From: Bacteroidales bacterium | GTDB taxonomy: Bacteria; Bacteroidota; Bacteroidia; Bacteroidales; SZUA-534 | Direction of reading: 5' to 3' | Length of the DNA stretch: 64,000 bases | Assembly (NCBI GenBank): GCA_045640185.1 | Contig: JAZUEN010000033.1 | Span: forward strand, 26,882 to 90,881 | Part shown: one piece after another, positions 30,498-39,258 of the stretch | Layout of the letters: every line of letters begins with the position of its first letter | Numbering within the stretch: position 1 is the first letter of the stretch | Notes under the pieces: generated by a model | Databases searched by the model: none | Seen by the model: only the letters and a program-made list of their open reading frames with translations | Told to the model about the DNA's origin: nothing | Program-made: the position numbers and the translations under genes

Positions 30498-31160
30498 ATG
30501 AAACTTTTAAACATTAATGAAGGCCGTCTGATGAGATCAGATTTCTTCGCAGTTTTGGTAAGTATGTTAACCGCTGCATTTATTCTGTTGCCATTGTTTT
30601 TGTCAGCAAAAAGCAAGTGCAATGCAGAACCTGTTTCTGTGCTAATGGAAGATAGCTTATCGTTCCGTTGCGTAACATGCACACGTGCGGCAATTGTATA
30701 TACAAGTGGCGATGGCGTAAAATGCCGTTTGTCAATCGAGACAAAAGATGGCAAGGAAGTACTTTACAACGAGAATATCCGCATTAAAGGCAAGACAAGC
30801 CGAGTATTCGATTTCATGAATCTGGAAGATGGCGCCTACAAGATAATTGCCGCAAAGGGCAACCGGACAATGGAGCGCACATTCAGCATTAAGGATGGCG
30901 AATTGGTTTATGGCGGACGCGTTGTTGTCGACCCAATTTTCAAGGCGACAGGTACTCGCGCTATCATCGAATTGCCAAATGAGCAAGGCAAGAGTGTCCT
31001 TGTAAAGGTCTATGACTCGAAGGGCGAGGAGCTTTACTCAACAATCGAAAGAAACGAAATCCGCAAAAATTTCGAGTTTGGCAATGTTGAGGCAGGCAAT
31101 TATGTAGTGTATGTCGATGTTGAAGGCGACGACTACAAATTTGATTACAGCAAAGAGTAA
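30498..31160 (+). CDS. Small secreted protein made of two beta-sandwich modules resembling T9SS C-terminal sorting domains
   Basis: 220 aa. The hydrophobic signal region may begin at the alternative start ATG 30531. Two modules share the pattern ..DGKEVLY...F....LEDGAYKI / YDSKGEELY...FEFGNVEAGNYVVYV... Confidence 0.45.
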   Translation: MKLLNINEGRLMRSDFFAVLVSMLTAAFILLPLFLSAKSKCNAEPVSVLMEDSLSFRCVTCTRAAIVYTSGDGVKCRLSIETKDGKEVLYNENIRIKGKTSRVFDFMNLEDGAYKIIAAKGNRTMERTFSIKDGELVYGGRVVVDPIFKATGTRAIIELPNEQGKSVLVKVYDSKGEELYSTIERNEIRKNFEFGNVEAGNYVVYVDVEGDDYKFDYSKE

Positions 31161-31310
31161 TCGTTATTCTGTAGTGAAGTGAAAGAGGCGAACCATGGGG
31201 GTTCGCGCTCTGCAAAATGATGGATGGCTCAAAACGCGGTCCTTTTTTTGTTTTTACGGGCCAACTTGTCGGTGGATATCGATTATTGATTGCCAATTCT
31301 CATTTTCAAT

Positions 31311-31318
31311 TATATTTG
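31311..31318 (+). promoter_or_regulatory. -7 promoter box
   Basis: TATATTTG (extended form TTTGCAACC), 29 nt upstream of ATG 31347. Confidence 0.55.
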
Positions 31319-31346
31319 CAACCTAATTTTTCAAAACAGATAAACA

Positions 31347-31790
31347 ATGAAAGAAATTCTATCAATTTCAGGCTACTCGGGATTATTTAAGTTGATTTCA
31401 AGCACAAAAAACGGAATCATTGTTGAGGACATCGAAACCAAAAAGCGCATACCTGCATATTCTTCTACAAAAGTAAGTTCGATGCGCGACATTGCAATAT
31501 TTAAGGAAGATGGTGAGGAAATATCATTGATTGACGTCTTTAAGAACATTCGTGCAAAGGAAAATGGAGCCGTCGCCATCGACCCAAAAACTTCCAGCAA
31601 TGATGCACTGAAGGCATACTTTGCCGAAATCTTGCCAGACTATGACAAGGATCGTGTTTACGTATCGCACATTAAGAAGGTCTTGACCTGGTACAATCAA
31701 ATGCAACGTTGCGACATGCTATCAATGCTTGACGATGAAGATGTGCAAGATAACAATGGCGATGAAAGTCAGTCGGACGAAAAGAACTGA
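31347..31790 (+). CDS. Conserved hypothetical protein (DUF5606-like) with an acidic tail
   Basis: 147 aa. The N-terminus is MKEILSISGYSGLFKLIS and the C-terminus is an Asp/Glu-rich tail. Confidence 0.45.
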   Translation: MKEILSISGYSGLFKLISSTKNGIIVEDIETKKRIPAYSSTKVSSMRDIAIFKEDGEEISLIDVFKNIRAKENGAVAIDPKTSSNDALKAYFAEILPDYDKDRVYVSHIKKVLTWYNQMQRCDMLSMLDDEDVQDNNGDESQSDEKN

Positions 31791-31810
31791 TTGCAACTTA
31801 TACGGACAAA

Positions 31811-31848
31811 GCAAGAAAGCCTCGCATTTGCGAGGCTTTCTTGCTTTG
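31811..31848. terminator. Terminator between convergent genes
   Basis: Perfect 14-bp stem GCAAGAAAGCCTCG/CGAGGCTTTCTTGC. Confidence 0.75.
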
Positions 31849-31866
31849 TATAAGTAGTAGTGTGAG

Positions 31867-32598
31867 CTATTTCCAACCTATGTAAATTGCCGCAATTCCG
31901 AATGACAGAGTCTTGTACTGACATCCTTTATATCCGCATTGTTCCATAATGTCGGTAAACTCGGTGCGTTGAGGGACTGCGCCAACTGATTCGGGCAAGT
32001 ATGTGTAGGCCGATTTGTGCTTTGACACCAAACGGCCTATCAGTGGCAGTATGTAGTTGAAATACAATTTGTATGTCTGCTTTATCGGGAATGCCGTCGG
32101 CAATACGAATTCAAGAACGATGCATTTGCCTCCCGGGCGCAGGACGCGTAACATTTCTTTCAGCCCTGCCTCAAGATTTTCGAAGTTGCGGGCGCCAAAG
32201 CCAACAGTGACGGCGTCGAACGTGTTGTCGGCAAAAGGCAAGTTTTCGGCATCGCCTTTTTGCAGCTCAATCAGATTTGACAATCCGTAGCGTTCAACTT
32301 TTTGCTTGCCTATGTTCAGCATCTCTTCAGATAGGTCAATGCCGACAATCTTGTCGAAACTGATTTTTCGTGAAGCGGCGATGGCGAGGTCGCAAGTACC
32401 TGTGGCTACGTCCAACAGGTTCTTTGGCGAATTCTGCTTTAGCAGCCTTACAACTTTCCGACGCCAGATTTTGTCAATGTTCATTGACAATGTATGGTTC
32501 AGCAAGTCGTATTTTGGCGCAATTTGGTCAAACATGTTCTCGACTTGTACTTTCTTAGAGTCGAGGTTAGTGCCGTCAGGAACTACAATCTTGCCCAT
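31867..32598 (-). CDS. ubiE: Demethylmenaquinone/ubiquinone methyltransferase (UbiE/MenG)
   Basis: 243 aa. The SAM-binding motif LLDVATGTCDLA and the YDLLNHTLS motif are typical of UbiE/MenG. Confidence 0.9.
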   Translation of the reverse strand: MGKIVVPDGTNLDSKKVQVENMFDQIAPKYDLLNHTLSMNIDKIWRRKVVRLLKQNSPKNLLDVATGTCDLAIAASRKISFDKIVGIDLSEEMLNIGKQKVERYGLSNLIELQKGDAENLPFADNTFDAVTVGFGARNFENLEAGLKEMLRVLRPGGKCIVLEFVLPTAFPIKQTYKLYFNYILPLIGRLVSKHKSAYTYLPESVGAVPQRTEFTDIMEQCGYKGCQYKTLSFGIAAIYIGWK

Positions 32599-33008
32599 TA
32601 TCGTTTTTTATAGATGTATGTTGTATGTTTTTTCAGACGGCCCTTCTCGCTATATTCGAGTTTTTCGGTACGCAGGTTGTTCTCGTACTTGTATTCGGTG
32701 CGGTCTTTCTTGCCTTCAGCGTCAATTTCAATCTCGCTTATCTTGTTGCCTTGTTCGTCGTAGGTGAATGTGTGCTTTTCGACCATTTTCCCCTCTTCGT
32801 ATTCGATGCGTTCAATCTCGTTGCCTTGCTCATCGAATTTTGATTCTTCGATTTTGTATTTCTTCGATGTGCCGTCTTTCTCGAACTTTTCCTCAAAAAC
32901 CTCGACAGACTTGATGCCGGCATTGCGCTTTTGCGCCATTAGCGAGTTGCTGCCACACAACATTAGCGTTGTGGCAAGGACGAAAGTTGTCAGAATTTTG
33001 TTTTCCAT
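32598..33008 (-). CDS. Small secreted protein or lipoprotein with degenerate YD-type repeats
   Basis: 136 aa with a signal peptide. Repeats are FDEQGNEIERIEY, YDEQGNKISEIEI and YKYENNLRTEKLEY. Its stop codon overlaps the ubiE start codon (TAATG). Confidence 0.5.
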   Translation of the reverse strand: MENKILTTFVLATTLMLCGSNSLMAQKRNAGIKSVEVFEEKFEKDGTSKKYKIEESKFDEQGNEIERIEYEEGKMVEKHTFTYDEQGNKISEIEIDAEGKKDRTEYKYENNLRTEKLEYSEKGRLKKHTTYIYKKR

Positions 33009-33102
33009 ATGTGTATATATATGTATGTGTTAAAAATCGCGTGAAGATAGTTTTTTTTATTTCACGGCACTTCGATCAGTTTATCGATGTGCATGAAATG
33101 AA

Positions 33103-33134
33103 GCGCCCCTTGAGAGGGTTGGCTCAAGGGGCGC
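33103..33134. other. Orphan GC-rich perfect hairpin inside the putative ubiE-operon leader
   Basis: Perfect 12-bp stem GCGCCCCTTGAG/CTCAAGGGGCGC with an 8-nt loop, located 95-126 nt upstream of ATG 33008. Confidence 0.6.
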
Positions 33135-33194
33135 AAGATTTTTAGGGATGCTGATATTTGTTAATTATTTGTATGTTGTCTTTGTTTCAGTATC

Positions 33195-33202
33195 CAAATG
33201 TA
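33195..33202 (-). promoter_or_regulatory. -7 promoter box (minus strand), implying a leader of about 180 nt
   Basis: The plus strand reads CAAATGTA (TACATTTG on the minus strand). It is the only exact match in the 356-bp intergenic region. Confidence 0.4.
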
Positions 33203-33251
33203 TATGGTTTCTTACTGTTCGATTATGTAAATTCACATTTGGCTTATTTGG

Positions 33252-33284
33252 GTTAAAATTTGGTTGGAACAAGTTAAAATTCGG
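33252..33284. repeat. Direct repeat GTTAAAATT(T/C)GG x2, start-to-start spacing 21 bp
   Basis: The two copies lie at 33252-33263 and 33273-33284 and match at 11 of 12 positions. They sit 50-90 nt upstream of the putative minus-strand -7 box. Confidence 0.5.
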
Positions 33285-33304
33285 TTTTTGGACATTTATG
33301 GCGT

Positions 33305-33334
33305 AAAAAAAGCCGACACATTATTGAGTCGGCT
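33305..33334 (-). terminator. Intrinsic terminator after mazG
   Basis: Stem AGCCGAC/GTCGGCT, followed on the minus strand by a T run. Confidence 0.75.
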
Positions 33335-33364
33335 TGCTTGTCTTGATTGATAAGGATTATTTGT

Positions 33365-34150
33365 CTATTCTTCAGCCTTTTTTGCGTCTTCCCAAAGCCT
33401 GTCCATTTCTTCAAGAGGAGTATCTTTCAGTGTCCCCCCATTTTTCAGTATCTGGTCTTCAACGTAGTTGAATCTCTTGATGAACTTGAGATTGGTCTTT
33501 TCGAGTGCGTTTTCGGGATTTATCTTGTATAGCCGGGCTGCGTTGATTAGGCTGAACAGCAAGTCGCCGAATTCTTCCTTTGCGTGTTCTGAAGCTGGGT
33601 CGGTCTGTAGTTCATCCTTGAATTCGTTGATTTCCTCTTCGACCTTGTTCCAAACCTGCTCGCGGTCTTGCCAGTCGAAGCCTACACTGTGCGTCTTGTC
33701 CTGAATTCGGTATGCCTTGACCATTGCAGGCAACGATTTCGGAACGCCTGACAGAACATTTGGCTTGCGTCCTTTTTCCTTCAGTTTGAGCTGCTCCCAA
33801 TTCTGAAGCACGGCCTCGGCCGAATTGGCCTTTTCGTCGCCGAATACGTGTGGATGTCGATATATCAGTTTCTGACACAATGAGTTTATCACGTCGGCGA
33901 TGTCGAATTTGCTTTGTTCCGAGCCCATTTTTGCGTAGAATACTACGTGCAGCAATATGTCGCCTAGCTCTTTCTTGACTTCGTCCATGTCGTTGTCGAT
34001 TATGGCTTCAGTCAGTTCGTATGTCTCTTCAATTGTCTGTATGCGCAGCGATTCAAAGGTCTGCTTCTTGTCCCACGGACATTTTTCGCGCAATTCGTCC
34101 ATGATGTCAAGCAGCTGGCCGAATGCTTCAAGTTGTTCTTTTCGTGACAT
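33365..34150 (-). CDS. mazG: Nucleoside triphosphate pyrophosphohydrolase MazG
   Basis: 261 aa with two MazG domains (EETYELTEAI and EEFGDLLFSL motifs). Confidence 0.9.
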   Translation of the reverse strand: MSRKEQLEAFGQLLDIMDELREKCPWDKKQTFESLRIQTIEETYELTEAIIDNDMDEVKKELGDILLHVVFYAKMGSEQSKFDIADVINSLCQKLIYRHPHVFGDEKANSAEAVLQNWEQLKLKEKGRKPNVLSGVPKSLPAMVKAYRIQDKTHSVGFDWQDREQVWNKVEEEINEFKDELQTDPASEHAKEEFGDLLFSLINAARLYKINPENALEKTNLKFIKRFNYVEDQILKNGGTLKDTPLEEMDRLWEDAKKAEE

Positions 34151-34151
34151 G

Positions 34152-34931
34152 TTATTTGAATTTTACTATTACTCTGCTAGTTCCGTCGATGTTGGCGATA
34201 GTGGCCAGATTGGCGTTGCGCATCGCAATCTCAAGTAGCCCAAGTGAGTTGAAAATGGCAACCAGCTCGCCAATTTCGACTTCGCTGTAAGTGTTGCAGA
34301 TGCGCTCAATCTTGTAAATGTCGCTTTTGACTGTTATTTCGAATTTGCGTTTGTTGCAAACTTTGCGGAACAAGTCCTTCGATATGTCGGTAATCAGATT
34401 CTTGTATGAATCGATGTAGATGATGTTGCCGGAAATGCTGTCGCGGTCAACTGAAGGCTGAAGGTTGAGCCCTGAATATTCGTCGGTTATGTCAAACCCC
34501 AAATCGGTGGCAGGCATGCCGTTGGCCAGCAGGCAGGCCGCTTCGGCAAATATGGTCAGTTCGGGAAATGTCGACATTGAAAGTCCGTTGGCCGCATCTA
34601 GCCCGATAACCATGTCTGGCTTCTCGTTGAACAGCACTCCGAACGACTTTATGTCGGCCCCGATGAAGTATTGCCCATTGTGGCAGATGCACAGAGGAAT
34701 GTTTTGCTCTGTTATCTCGCTGTTTACGCAGAGAAGGTGTATGGTCCCTGCGGGAAAGTGAGGGTACGCCCCTTTAAGTATGAATGCGGCGTGGGCCGAC
34801 TTGAAGCCTTCTATCTTATGGGTTATGTCGATAATCCTAGCATCAGGGCATTTCGAGTAGATGTGCCCTTTGATTGCGCCAGCGTAGAAGTCGTCGGTTT
34901 GCCAATCGGTGGTGAGTGTGATTATCGGCAT
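34152..34931 (-). CDS. SAM hydrolase / SAM hydroxide adenosyltransferase family protein (DUF62)
   Basis: 259 aa. The N-terminus reads IITLTTDWQTDDFYAGAIKG, and the layout is the two-domain DUF62 arrangement. Confidence 0.65.
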   Translation of the reverse strand: MPIITLTTDWQTDDFYAGAIKGHIYSKCPDARIIDITHKIEGFKSAHAAFILKGAYPHFPAGTIHLLCVNSEITEQNIPLCICHNGQYFIGADIKSFGVLFNEKPDMVIGLDAANGLSMSTFPELTIFAEAACLLANGMPATDLGFDITDEYSGLNLQPSVDRDSISGNIIYIDSYKNLITDISKDLFRKVCNKRKFEITVKSDIYKIERICNTYSEVEIGELVAIFNSLGLLEIAMRNANLATIANIDGTSRVIVKFK

Positions 34932-35100
34932 TGCAAGTTTGCTTTCGGCAAATGTATGCTTATTTGTTGAATTGCTTGTAGGCCAATGTCAAATACTTTG
35001 CCTATTTTGATGTGGCGCGTAATGCGGCGATGGTTAATTGCCGGTTGCTAAATGTTGAATTAAATTGACATTTGCAAGTTGCCAATTGTCAATTGTCAAT

Positions 35101-35108
35101 TACATTTG
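35101..35108 (+). promoter_or_regulatory. -7 promoter box
   Basis: TACATTTG, 19 nt upstream of the phoH ATG. Confidence 0.5.
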
Positions 35109-35126
35109 CTACTACAAAATTAGCGT

Positions 35127-36062
35127 ATGGCAGAGAAAGTATTGCACCTTGAAACCGTTGACCCACTTGACTTGTACGGAGCCAAATGCTCACGACTCGA
35201 CATTCTCAAGCGCGCGTTCCCTAAGATTCAGATTGTAGCCAGAGGCCACGATGTGAAATTGCTCGGCGAGGAACAGCAGATAGCCGATTTTGAGGAAAAG
35301 TTCCGCCAGATAGTGCATTTCCTCGATACGTTCAACCGGTTGTCGGATGACGACTTGGTGCAGATTCTCAACAACGAGGCGCGCCAGCATGGCAACGACA
35401 TGCCCGATGATTTGATAGTGTTCGGCAATAATGGCCGTGCAATAAAGGCCCGTAGCGCAAATCAGCGCAAAATGGTTCAGGCTATTGACCGCGACGACAT
35501 GCTTTTCGCCTTGGGCCCAGCTGGTTCGGGAAAGACTTACACAGCCATAGCCTTGGCCGTCCGTGCGTTGCGCAACCGTGAGGTCCGCCGCATAGTGTTG
35601 AGCCGGCCGGCAGTAGAGGCGGGCGAGCGCTTGGGGTTCTTGCCAGGCGATGTCAAGGAAAAAATCGACCCGTATCTGCAGCCTCTCTATGATGCGCTCA
35701 ACGACATGATTCCAGCCAAGAAACTCGAGGCGCTCATCGAGGATGGCGTGATTCAGATTGCGCCCTTGGCATTCATGCGAGGACGTACGCTTAATGACGC
35801 CTTTGTGATACTTGACGAGGCACAAAACACTACATTGCCGCAAATGAAGATGTTTCTTACCCGAATGGGTATGAATTCGAAATTCATCATTACCGGCGAT
35901 GTCACCCAAATCGACTTGCCCCGCACATCCGACAGCGGATTGGTTCAGGCAACCCGGTTGCTGGCCAAGATAGAGGGCATAAGCATTGTCGAACTCGATG
36001 AGTCTGACATCGTACGGCATCGCCTTGTAAAAGAAATCGTCAAGGCATTTGATAAACAGTAA
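35127..36062 (+). CDS. phoH: PhoH-family ATPase
   Basis: 311 aa with Walker A GPAGSGKT and the FVILDEAQN motif. Confidence 0.9.
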   Translation: MAEKVLHLETVDPLDLYGAKCSRLDILKRAFPKIQIVARGHDVKLLGEEQQIADFEEKFRQIVHFLDTFNRLSDDDLVQILNNEARQHGNDMPDDLIVFGNNGRAIKARSANQRKMVQAIDRDDMLFALGPAGSGKTYTAIALAVRALRNREVRRIVLSRPAVEAGERLGFLPGDVKEKIDPYLQPLYDALNDMIPAKKLEALIEDGVIQIAPLAFMRGRTLNDAFVILDEAQNTTLPQMKMFLTRMGMNSKFIITGDVTQIDLPRTSDSGLVQATRLLAKIEGISIVELDESDIVRHRLVKEIVKAFDKQ

Positions 36063-36114
36063 ATATCTGATTCGTTGTAGAATAAGAATATAAATCAACA
36101 TCAAACATAATAAT

Positions 36115-37071
36115 ATGGATACAGTATCAAAAACAAGCTTCAGTTTTAGTGGGCAAAAAGGTGTGTACAACGGCAAGGTCCGTGACGTGTACAACATTGA
36201 TGACCAATATTTGGCAATGGTTGTCAGCGACCGCATTTCAGCCTTCGATGTCATTCTGCCAAAAGGCATACCTTTCAAGGGACAGGTGTTGAACCAGATT
36301 GCGTCTTATTTCCTTGACGCAACAGCCGACATTGTTCCAAACTGGAAAATAGCAAGTCCAGACCCAAATGTGACAATAGGGCACAAATGTGCGCCTTTTG
36401 CAGTCGAGATGGTCGTCCGCGGTTATCTTACAGGAAGCTCATGGCGCTTGTATCGTGACGGCGGTCGCGAAATCTGTGGCGTGAAATTGCCAGAGGGAAT
36501 GCGCGAACACCAACGTTTCGAGCACCCAATCATCACCCCGACAACCAAGGCCGATATCGGCACTCATGACGAGAACATCTCTCGCGAGGACATTATCAAG
36601 AATGGCCTTGTCTCAGCCGAAGACTACGCTCAACTCGAAAAATATACGCTTGAGCTTTTCGCCCGCGGCACTGAAATGGCCAAGAAAATGGGCTTGATCC
36701 TTGTCGACACAAAATACGAATTTGGCAAGAAGGATGGTAAAATCTACCTTATCGATGAAATTCACACTCCAGACTCGTCTCGTTATTTCTATGCAGATGG
36801 CTACGAAGAGCGTTTTGCAAAGGGCGAGAACCAAAAACAGCTGTCAAAGGAATTTGTCCGTGAATGGCTTATGGCAAACGGATTCCAAGGACGTGCAGGC
36901 GAGAAGGTGCCAGAAATGACTCCGGAAATCATCAGCCAGATATCGAACCGCTATATCGAGTTGTATGAAAACATCGTAGGTTCGAAATTCGTTCCAGGCG
37001 ACGTTACCGATGTGCAAAATCGCATATTCAACAATGTTGAAGGCTACATCAAAGCAAACTTGCTGAAGTAG
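36115..37071 (+). CDS. purC: Phosphoribosylaminoimidazole-succinocarboxamide (SAICAR) synthase
   Basis: 318 aa (long form) with GKVRDVY, DRISAFD and LVDTKYEFG motifs. Confidence 0.9.
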   Translation: MDTVSKTSFSFSGQKGVYNGKVRDVYNIDDQYLAMVVSDRISAFDVILPKGIPFKGQVLNQIASYFLDATADIVPNWKIASPDPNVTIGHKCAPFAVEMVVRGYLTGSSWRLYRDGGREICGVKLPEGMREHQRFEHPIITPTTKADIGTHDENISREDIIKNGLVSAEDYAQLEKYTLELFARGTEMAKKMGLILVDTKYEFGKKDGKIYLIDEIHTPDSSRYFYADGYEERFAKGENQKQLSKEFVREWLMANGFQGRAGEKVPEMTPEIISQISNRYIELYENIVGSKFVPGDVTDVQNRIFNNVEGYIKANLLK

Positions 37072-37091
37072 GTCGCATACGCACAAATATC

Positions 37092-37121
37092 AAAAGGCGG
37101 CTCAATTTGGGTCGCCTTTTT
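37092..37121 (+). terminator. Intrinsic terminator after purC
   Basis: 8-bp stem AAGGCGGC/GTCGCCTT (one G-U pair) followed by a T5 run. Confidence 0.65.
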
Positions 37122-37279
37122 GCACTATGTGCCAAATTTATGCAAGCCGTTTTGGACGTTTTTGCCATTACGCAAAGTTGTTTCTTGCTTAAGGACAGAT
37201 AATTGCCGAATTTGATGAATGAATATGATGTTTTGTGCAGATAAAAACGAAATGAATTATCTGTTTTGCAATAAAATCT

Positions 37280-37287
37280 TATTTTTG
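37280..37287 (+). promoter_or_regulatory. -7 promoter box for tRNA-Gly
   Basis: TATTTTTG, 13 nt upstream of the tRNA 5' end. Confidence 0.5.
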
Positions 37288-37300
37288 CCATATCAAAATT

Positions 37301-37373
37301 GCGGGCATAGCTCAGTTGGTAGAGCATCAGCTTCCCAAGCTGAGGGTCACGGGTTCGAATCCCGCTGCCCGCT
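37301..37373 (+). tRNA. tRNA-Gly (anticodon CCC)
   Basis: Acceptor GCGGGCA/TGCCCGC, anticodon loop TTCCCAA, T-loop GGTTCGAATCC. Confidence 0.9.
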
Positions 37374-37378
37374 CAAGT

Positions 37379-37405
37379 GGCAACCTGATGAGGGTTGCCT
37401 TTTTT
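37379..37405 (+). terminator. Intrinsic terminator after tRNA-Gly
   Basis: Stem GGCAACC/GGTTGCC followed by a T6 run. Confidence 0.75.
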
Positions 37406-37427
37406 GTGCCATTTTACGCCGATTACT

Positions 37428-37994
37428 ATGAAAGGAACCATAAACGAAGAAGGGAAGTGGAAGCTGGTATCCAGTGAATATCTCTATAAGAGACCGTGGC
37501 TGACAGCCCGCAAGGATTGTGTTGAACTGCCCGACGGAAGGCAAAACCCCGAATATTACGTCCTAGAATACCCTGATTGGGTGAATGTGATTGCAATAAC
37601 CGAAGATGGCGATTTCATTATGGAACGGCAGTACCGGCATGCGCTCGGGAAGACATGCTATGAAATGCCGTGCGGCGTGGTTGAGGCAGGAGAGGATCCT
37701 TTGTCGGCCGCAAAGCGGGAACTTCTGGAAGAAACGGGATATGGCGAAGGAGAGTGGACTGCGTTTATGGCTTTGAGCCCTAACTCAAGTGCGATGAACA
37801 ATATGAGTCATACTTTCATTGCGCGTAATGTCAGGAAAGTGTCGGGCCAGCATCTTGATGCGACCGAGGACCTAAGTGTGCACATCCTGAGCCGTGATGC
37901 GGTGTTCAGCCTGCTCGAAAACGGCGAGATACTTCAAGCGCTCATGGCGGCGCCTTTGTGGAGGTTCTTTTTTGAAGAAGGCAAGCGTAAATAG
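37428..37994 (+). CDS. NUDIX hydrolase (ADP-ribose pyrophosphatase-like)
   Basis: Start re-called to ATG 37428. Nudix box: GVVEAGEDPLSAAKRELLEETG. Confidence 0.85.
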   Translation: MKGTINEEGKWKLVSSEYLYKRPWLTARKDCVELPDGRQNPEYYVLEYPDWVNVIAITEDGDFIMERQYRHALGKTCYEMPCGVVEAGEDPLSAAKRELLEETGYGEGEWTAFMALSPNSSAMNNMSHTFIARNVRKVSGQHLDATEDLSVHILSRDAVFSLLENGEILQALMAAPLWRFFFEEGKRK

Positions 37995-38097
37995 CGAAAT
38001 CCGTTATGTGACAATGCAATAAGTTGCATGAGCTTTCAGTTGTTTATTATGGGCTTTCAAACTTCGGTTATGGATTCCCAACTCTAATCAAAATTCC

Positions 38098-38105
38098 TAT
38101 CTTTG
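38098..38105 (+). promoter_or_regulatory. -7 promoter box
   Basis: TATCTTTG, 19 nt upstream of the tgt ATG. Confidence 0.5.
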
Positions 38106-38123
38106 CCACATTCAGAGTAGACA

Positions 38124-39254
38124 ATGCAATTCAAGTTATTAGCCACCGACCCCAAGTCTAATGCACGTGCAGGGCAGATAACCACCGACCATGGTGTTAT
38201 CCAGACTCCGATATTCATGCCCGTAGGCACTGTCGGGTCGGTCAAAGGTATCCACCAACGCGATGTTTCCGACGACATCAAGGCACAAATAATATTGGGA
38301 AACACATATCATTTGTATCTACGCCCCGGAATGAAGCTGATGAGGGATGCAGGCGGCTTGCATAAATTTATGCATTGGGATAAGCCGATACTTACCGATA
38401 GTGGTGGCTTTCAGGTTTTCAGCCTGTCGGCTAACAGAAAGCTGACGGAAGAAGGTGCCAAGTTCAGCTCCCATATAGACGGGTCAAAGCACATTTTCAC
38501 ACCCGAAAACGTTGTCGAGATAGAACGGGCCATAGGCGCCGACATTATGATGGCGCTTGACGAGTGCCCTCCGGGCGACTGCGACTACAACTACGCAAAA
38601 AAATCGCTCGACCTGACAATGCGCTGGTTGCGTCGCGGAGTGGAAGCTTATCGCACAAGCGAGCCTCTATACGGGCATTACCAATCATACTTTCCGATAG
38701 TCCAGGGTGCCGCTTATACCGACCTGCGTCAGCGTGCGGCAACTGAGGTGGCCGAACTCGATTTGGACGGCAATGCCATTGGTGGCTTGGCTGTTGGCGA
38801 ACCTACAGAGGTGATGTATCAGATGATTGAAGTGGTTAATGCCATTTTGCCGGCCGACAAGCCTCGGTACCTCATGGGTGTAGGCACGCCGGCCAACATA
38901 TTGGAAGGCATCAGTCGCGGAGTGGACATGTTCGACTGCGTAATGCCAACCCGTAACGGACGTAATGGAATGTTGTTCACCAGCGAAGGCATCATAAACA
39001 TAAAGAACAAAAAATGGGAAAACGAGTTTACTCCGGTCGATCCGAACGGAACTTCGTTTGTCGATACTTACTATACTCGCGCATATTTGCACCATTTGTT
39101 CGTCGCCCAAGAAATGTTGGGACTGGAGATCGCCAGTATGCACAATCTGGCATTCTATCTGTGGCTTGTAGGTGAGGCCCGTAAGCATATCGAAAACGGC
39201 GATTTCGCAAGTTGGAAAAACCAAATGATTGTAAAGGTCACAAACAGACTATAG
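38124..39254 (+). CDS. tgt: Queuine tRNA-ribosyltransferase
   Basis: 376 aa with TPIFMPVGT, LTDSGGFQV and the zinc-site CxC...H region. Confidence 0.95.
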   Translation: MQFKLLATDPKSNARAGQITTDHGVIQTPIFMPVGTVGSVKGIHQRDVSDDIKAQIILGNTYHLYLRPGMKLMRDAGGLHKFMHWDKPILTDSGGFQVFSLSANRKLTEEGAKFSSHIDGSKHIFTPENVVEIERAIGADIMMALDECPPGDCDYNYAKKSLDLTMRWLRRGVEAYRTSEPLYGHYQSYFPIVQGAAYTDLRQRAATEVAELDLDGNAIGGLAVGEPTEVMYQMIEVVNAILPADKPRYLMGVGTPANILEGISRGVDMFDCVMPTRNGRNGMLFTSEGIINIKNKKWENEFTPVDPNGTSFVDTYYTRAYLHHLFVAQEMLGLEIASMHNLAFYLWLVGEARKHIENGDFASWKNQMIVKVTNRL

Positions 39255-39258
39255 GGCT

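Noticed and set aside
35190-36278. A 362-aa ORF on the minus strand, the longest unexplained ORF in the track.
   Set aside because: It lies entirely antisense to phoH and the 5' end of purC, both of which have unmistakable family motifs. Its translation is low-complexity and Cys/His/Leu-rich with no motif, no -7 box and no terminator. It is a typical shadow ORF of a codon-biased gene.
37143-37150. An exact minus-strand -7 box (CAAATTTA on the plus strand) just downstream of the purC terminator.
   Set aside because: It would produce only a transcript of about 35 nt running into the purC terminator, with no gene or structure. It is consistent with the roughly 20-25 chance occurrences per strand expected for this 8-mer pattern.
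37301-37405. A solitary tRNA-Gly(CCC) as a possible genomic-island insertion site.
   Set aside because: It has its own promoter box and terminator. The downstream genes (NUDIX, tgt, lptF/G, recJ) are core functions. I saw no integrase and no duplicated tRNA 3' segment.
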